Of a stretch of 24,000 nucleotides of DNA, positions 23,809 to 24,000 are shown in pieces. Under the pieces are notes generated by a model. That model searched no databases. It saw only the letters and a program-made list of their open reading frames with translations, and was not told where the DNA came from. The DNA comes from Candidatus Dormiibacterota bacterium. Its GTDB lineage: Bacteria; Chloroflexota; Dormibacteria; Dormibacterales; Dormibacteraceae. Position numbers and translations under genes: made by a program. The stretch spans positions 4,110 to 28,109 of the forward strand of contig DATGLL010000269.1 in assembly GCA_035294145.1 (NCBI GenBank), read 5' to 3'. Position 1 is the stretch's first letter. Every line of letters starts with the position of its first letter.

Positions 23809-23827
23809 CGCGCCTATACACTACAAT
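23795..23827 (+). promoter_or_regulatory. Near-consensus sigma-70-type promoter in front of the second IS607-type tnpA
   Basis: TTGACA lies at 23795-23800. After 16 nt comes TACACT (23817-23822), and TACAAT lies at 23822-27. The ATG at 23836 has no SD, so the leader is very short or absent. Confidence 0.4.
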
Positions 23828-23835
23828 CCACTTCC

Positions 23836-24000
23836 ATGAACTTGAAGCAGTGGGCGCGTGAGCAAGGCATCCACCCCGTGACCGCCTCCCGCTGGTTCCA
23901 GTCGGGCAAGCTCCCCGTCCCGGCCCGGCGAGTTGGTCACCTGATCCTGGTGGACGCCCCGGCGCGGTCCCCGGCCGGTGTGACCGCCCGCTCGCGTGTC
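23836..24000 (+). CDS. tnpA: IS607-family (IS1535-like) serine-recombinase transposase TnpA, N-terminal 55 codons (continues beyond the window)
   Basis: Hand translation gives MNLKQWAREQGIHPVTASRWFQSGKLPVPARRVGHLILVDAPARSPAGVTARSRV... This matches my recollection of the MerR-like HTH N-terminus of IS607/IS1535 TnpA proteins (MNL..WA...G....TA.RWF..G.LPVPA.RVG.LILV). It is not in the track because it is short and open-ended. Confidence 0.65.
   Translation, partial: MNLKQWAREQGIHPVTASRWFQSGKLPVPARRVGHLILVDAPARSPAGVTARSRV

Larger units (their letters stand above)
23790..24000 (+). mobile_element. Left part of an IS607-family insertion sequence (boundary approximate), abutting the older relic
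   Basis: Contains the promoter plus the tnpA 5' end. The left boundary is inferred only from where homology of the relic to tnpA fades (about 23790-23810). No inverted repeats are expected for this family. Confidence 0.5.

Overview
This is a very GC-rich bacterial chromosomal window (roughly 70% by eye, not computed), and almost all of it is housekeeping genes in a Bacillus/Firmicutes-like order. The order is: recG (5' end cut by the window edge); M20 peptidase, AhpE-like peroxiredoxin, selD, amidase; rsmD-coaD-coiled-coil protein-rpmF-fabD-acpP-rnc-smc-ftsY; PHP phosphoesterase, inositol-monophosphatase-family protein, stand-alone RAM (AsnC-type) protein, SAM methyltransferase, LysM/SLT lytic transglycosylase; ylxM-ffh-rpsP-KH protein-rimM-trmD-rplS-rnhB; then IS607-family transposase sequences at the 3' edge. 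I found no rRNA, tRNA or CRISPR array. I could not identify a coherent novel multi-gene system and do not want to overstate this window. Five points deserve a second look. (1) selD is a selenoprotein gene: an in-frame TGA at 4295-4297 sits at the catalytic Cys/Sec position and is followed by a SECIS-like hairpin, so the ORF track misses the real N-terminus. (2) Two conserved genes (7638 and 16702) have no ATG/GTG/TTG that could encode their conserved N-termini, but each has a CTG with a well-spaced Shine-Dalgarno (SD) sequence next to the upstream gene's stop codon. (3) A decayed IS607-type tnpA relic just after rnhB is followed by a second, diverged and apparently intact IS607-type tnpA with a near-consensus promoter, running off the window; any tnpB cargo would lie outside it. 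(4) A TGnTAnnnT extended -10-like motif sits 9-11 nt upstream of the rpmF, smc and ylxM starts. (5) Several spacers of 240-520 nt remain unassigned in an otherwise tightly packed region. rpmF (58 aa) is absent from the ORF track and was found by hand. All family assignments rest on motifs I recognised by eye, not on searches.
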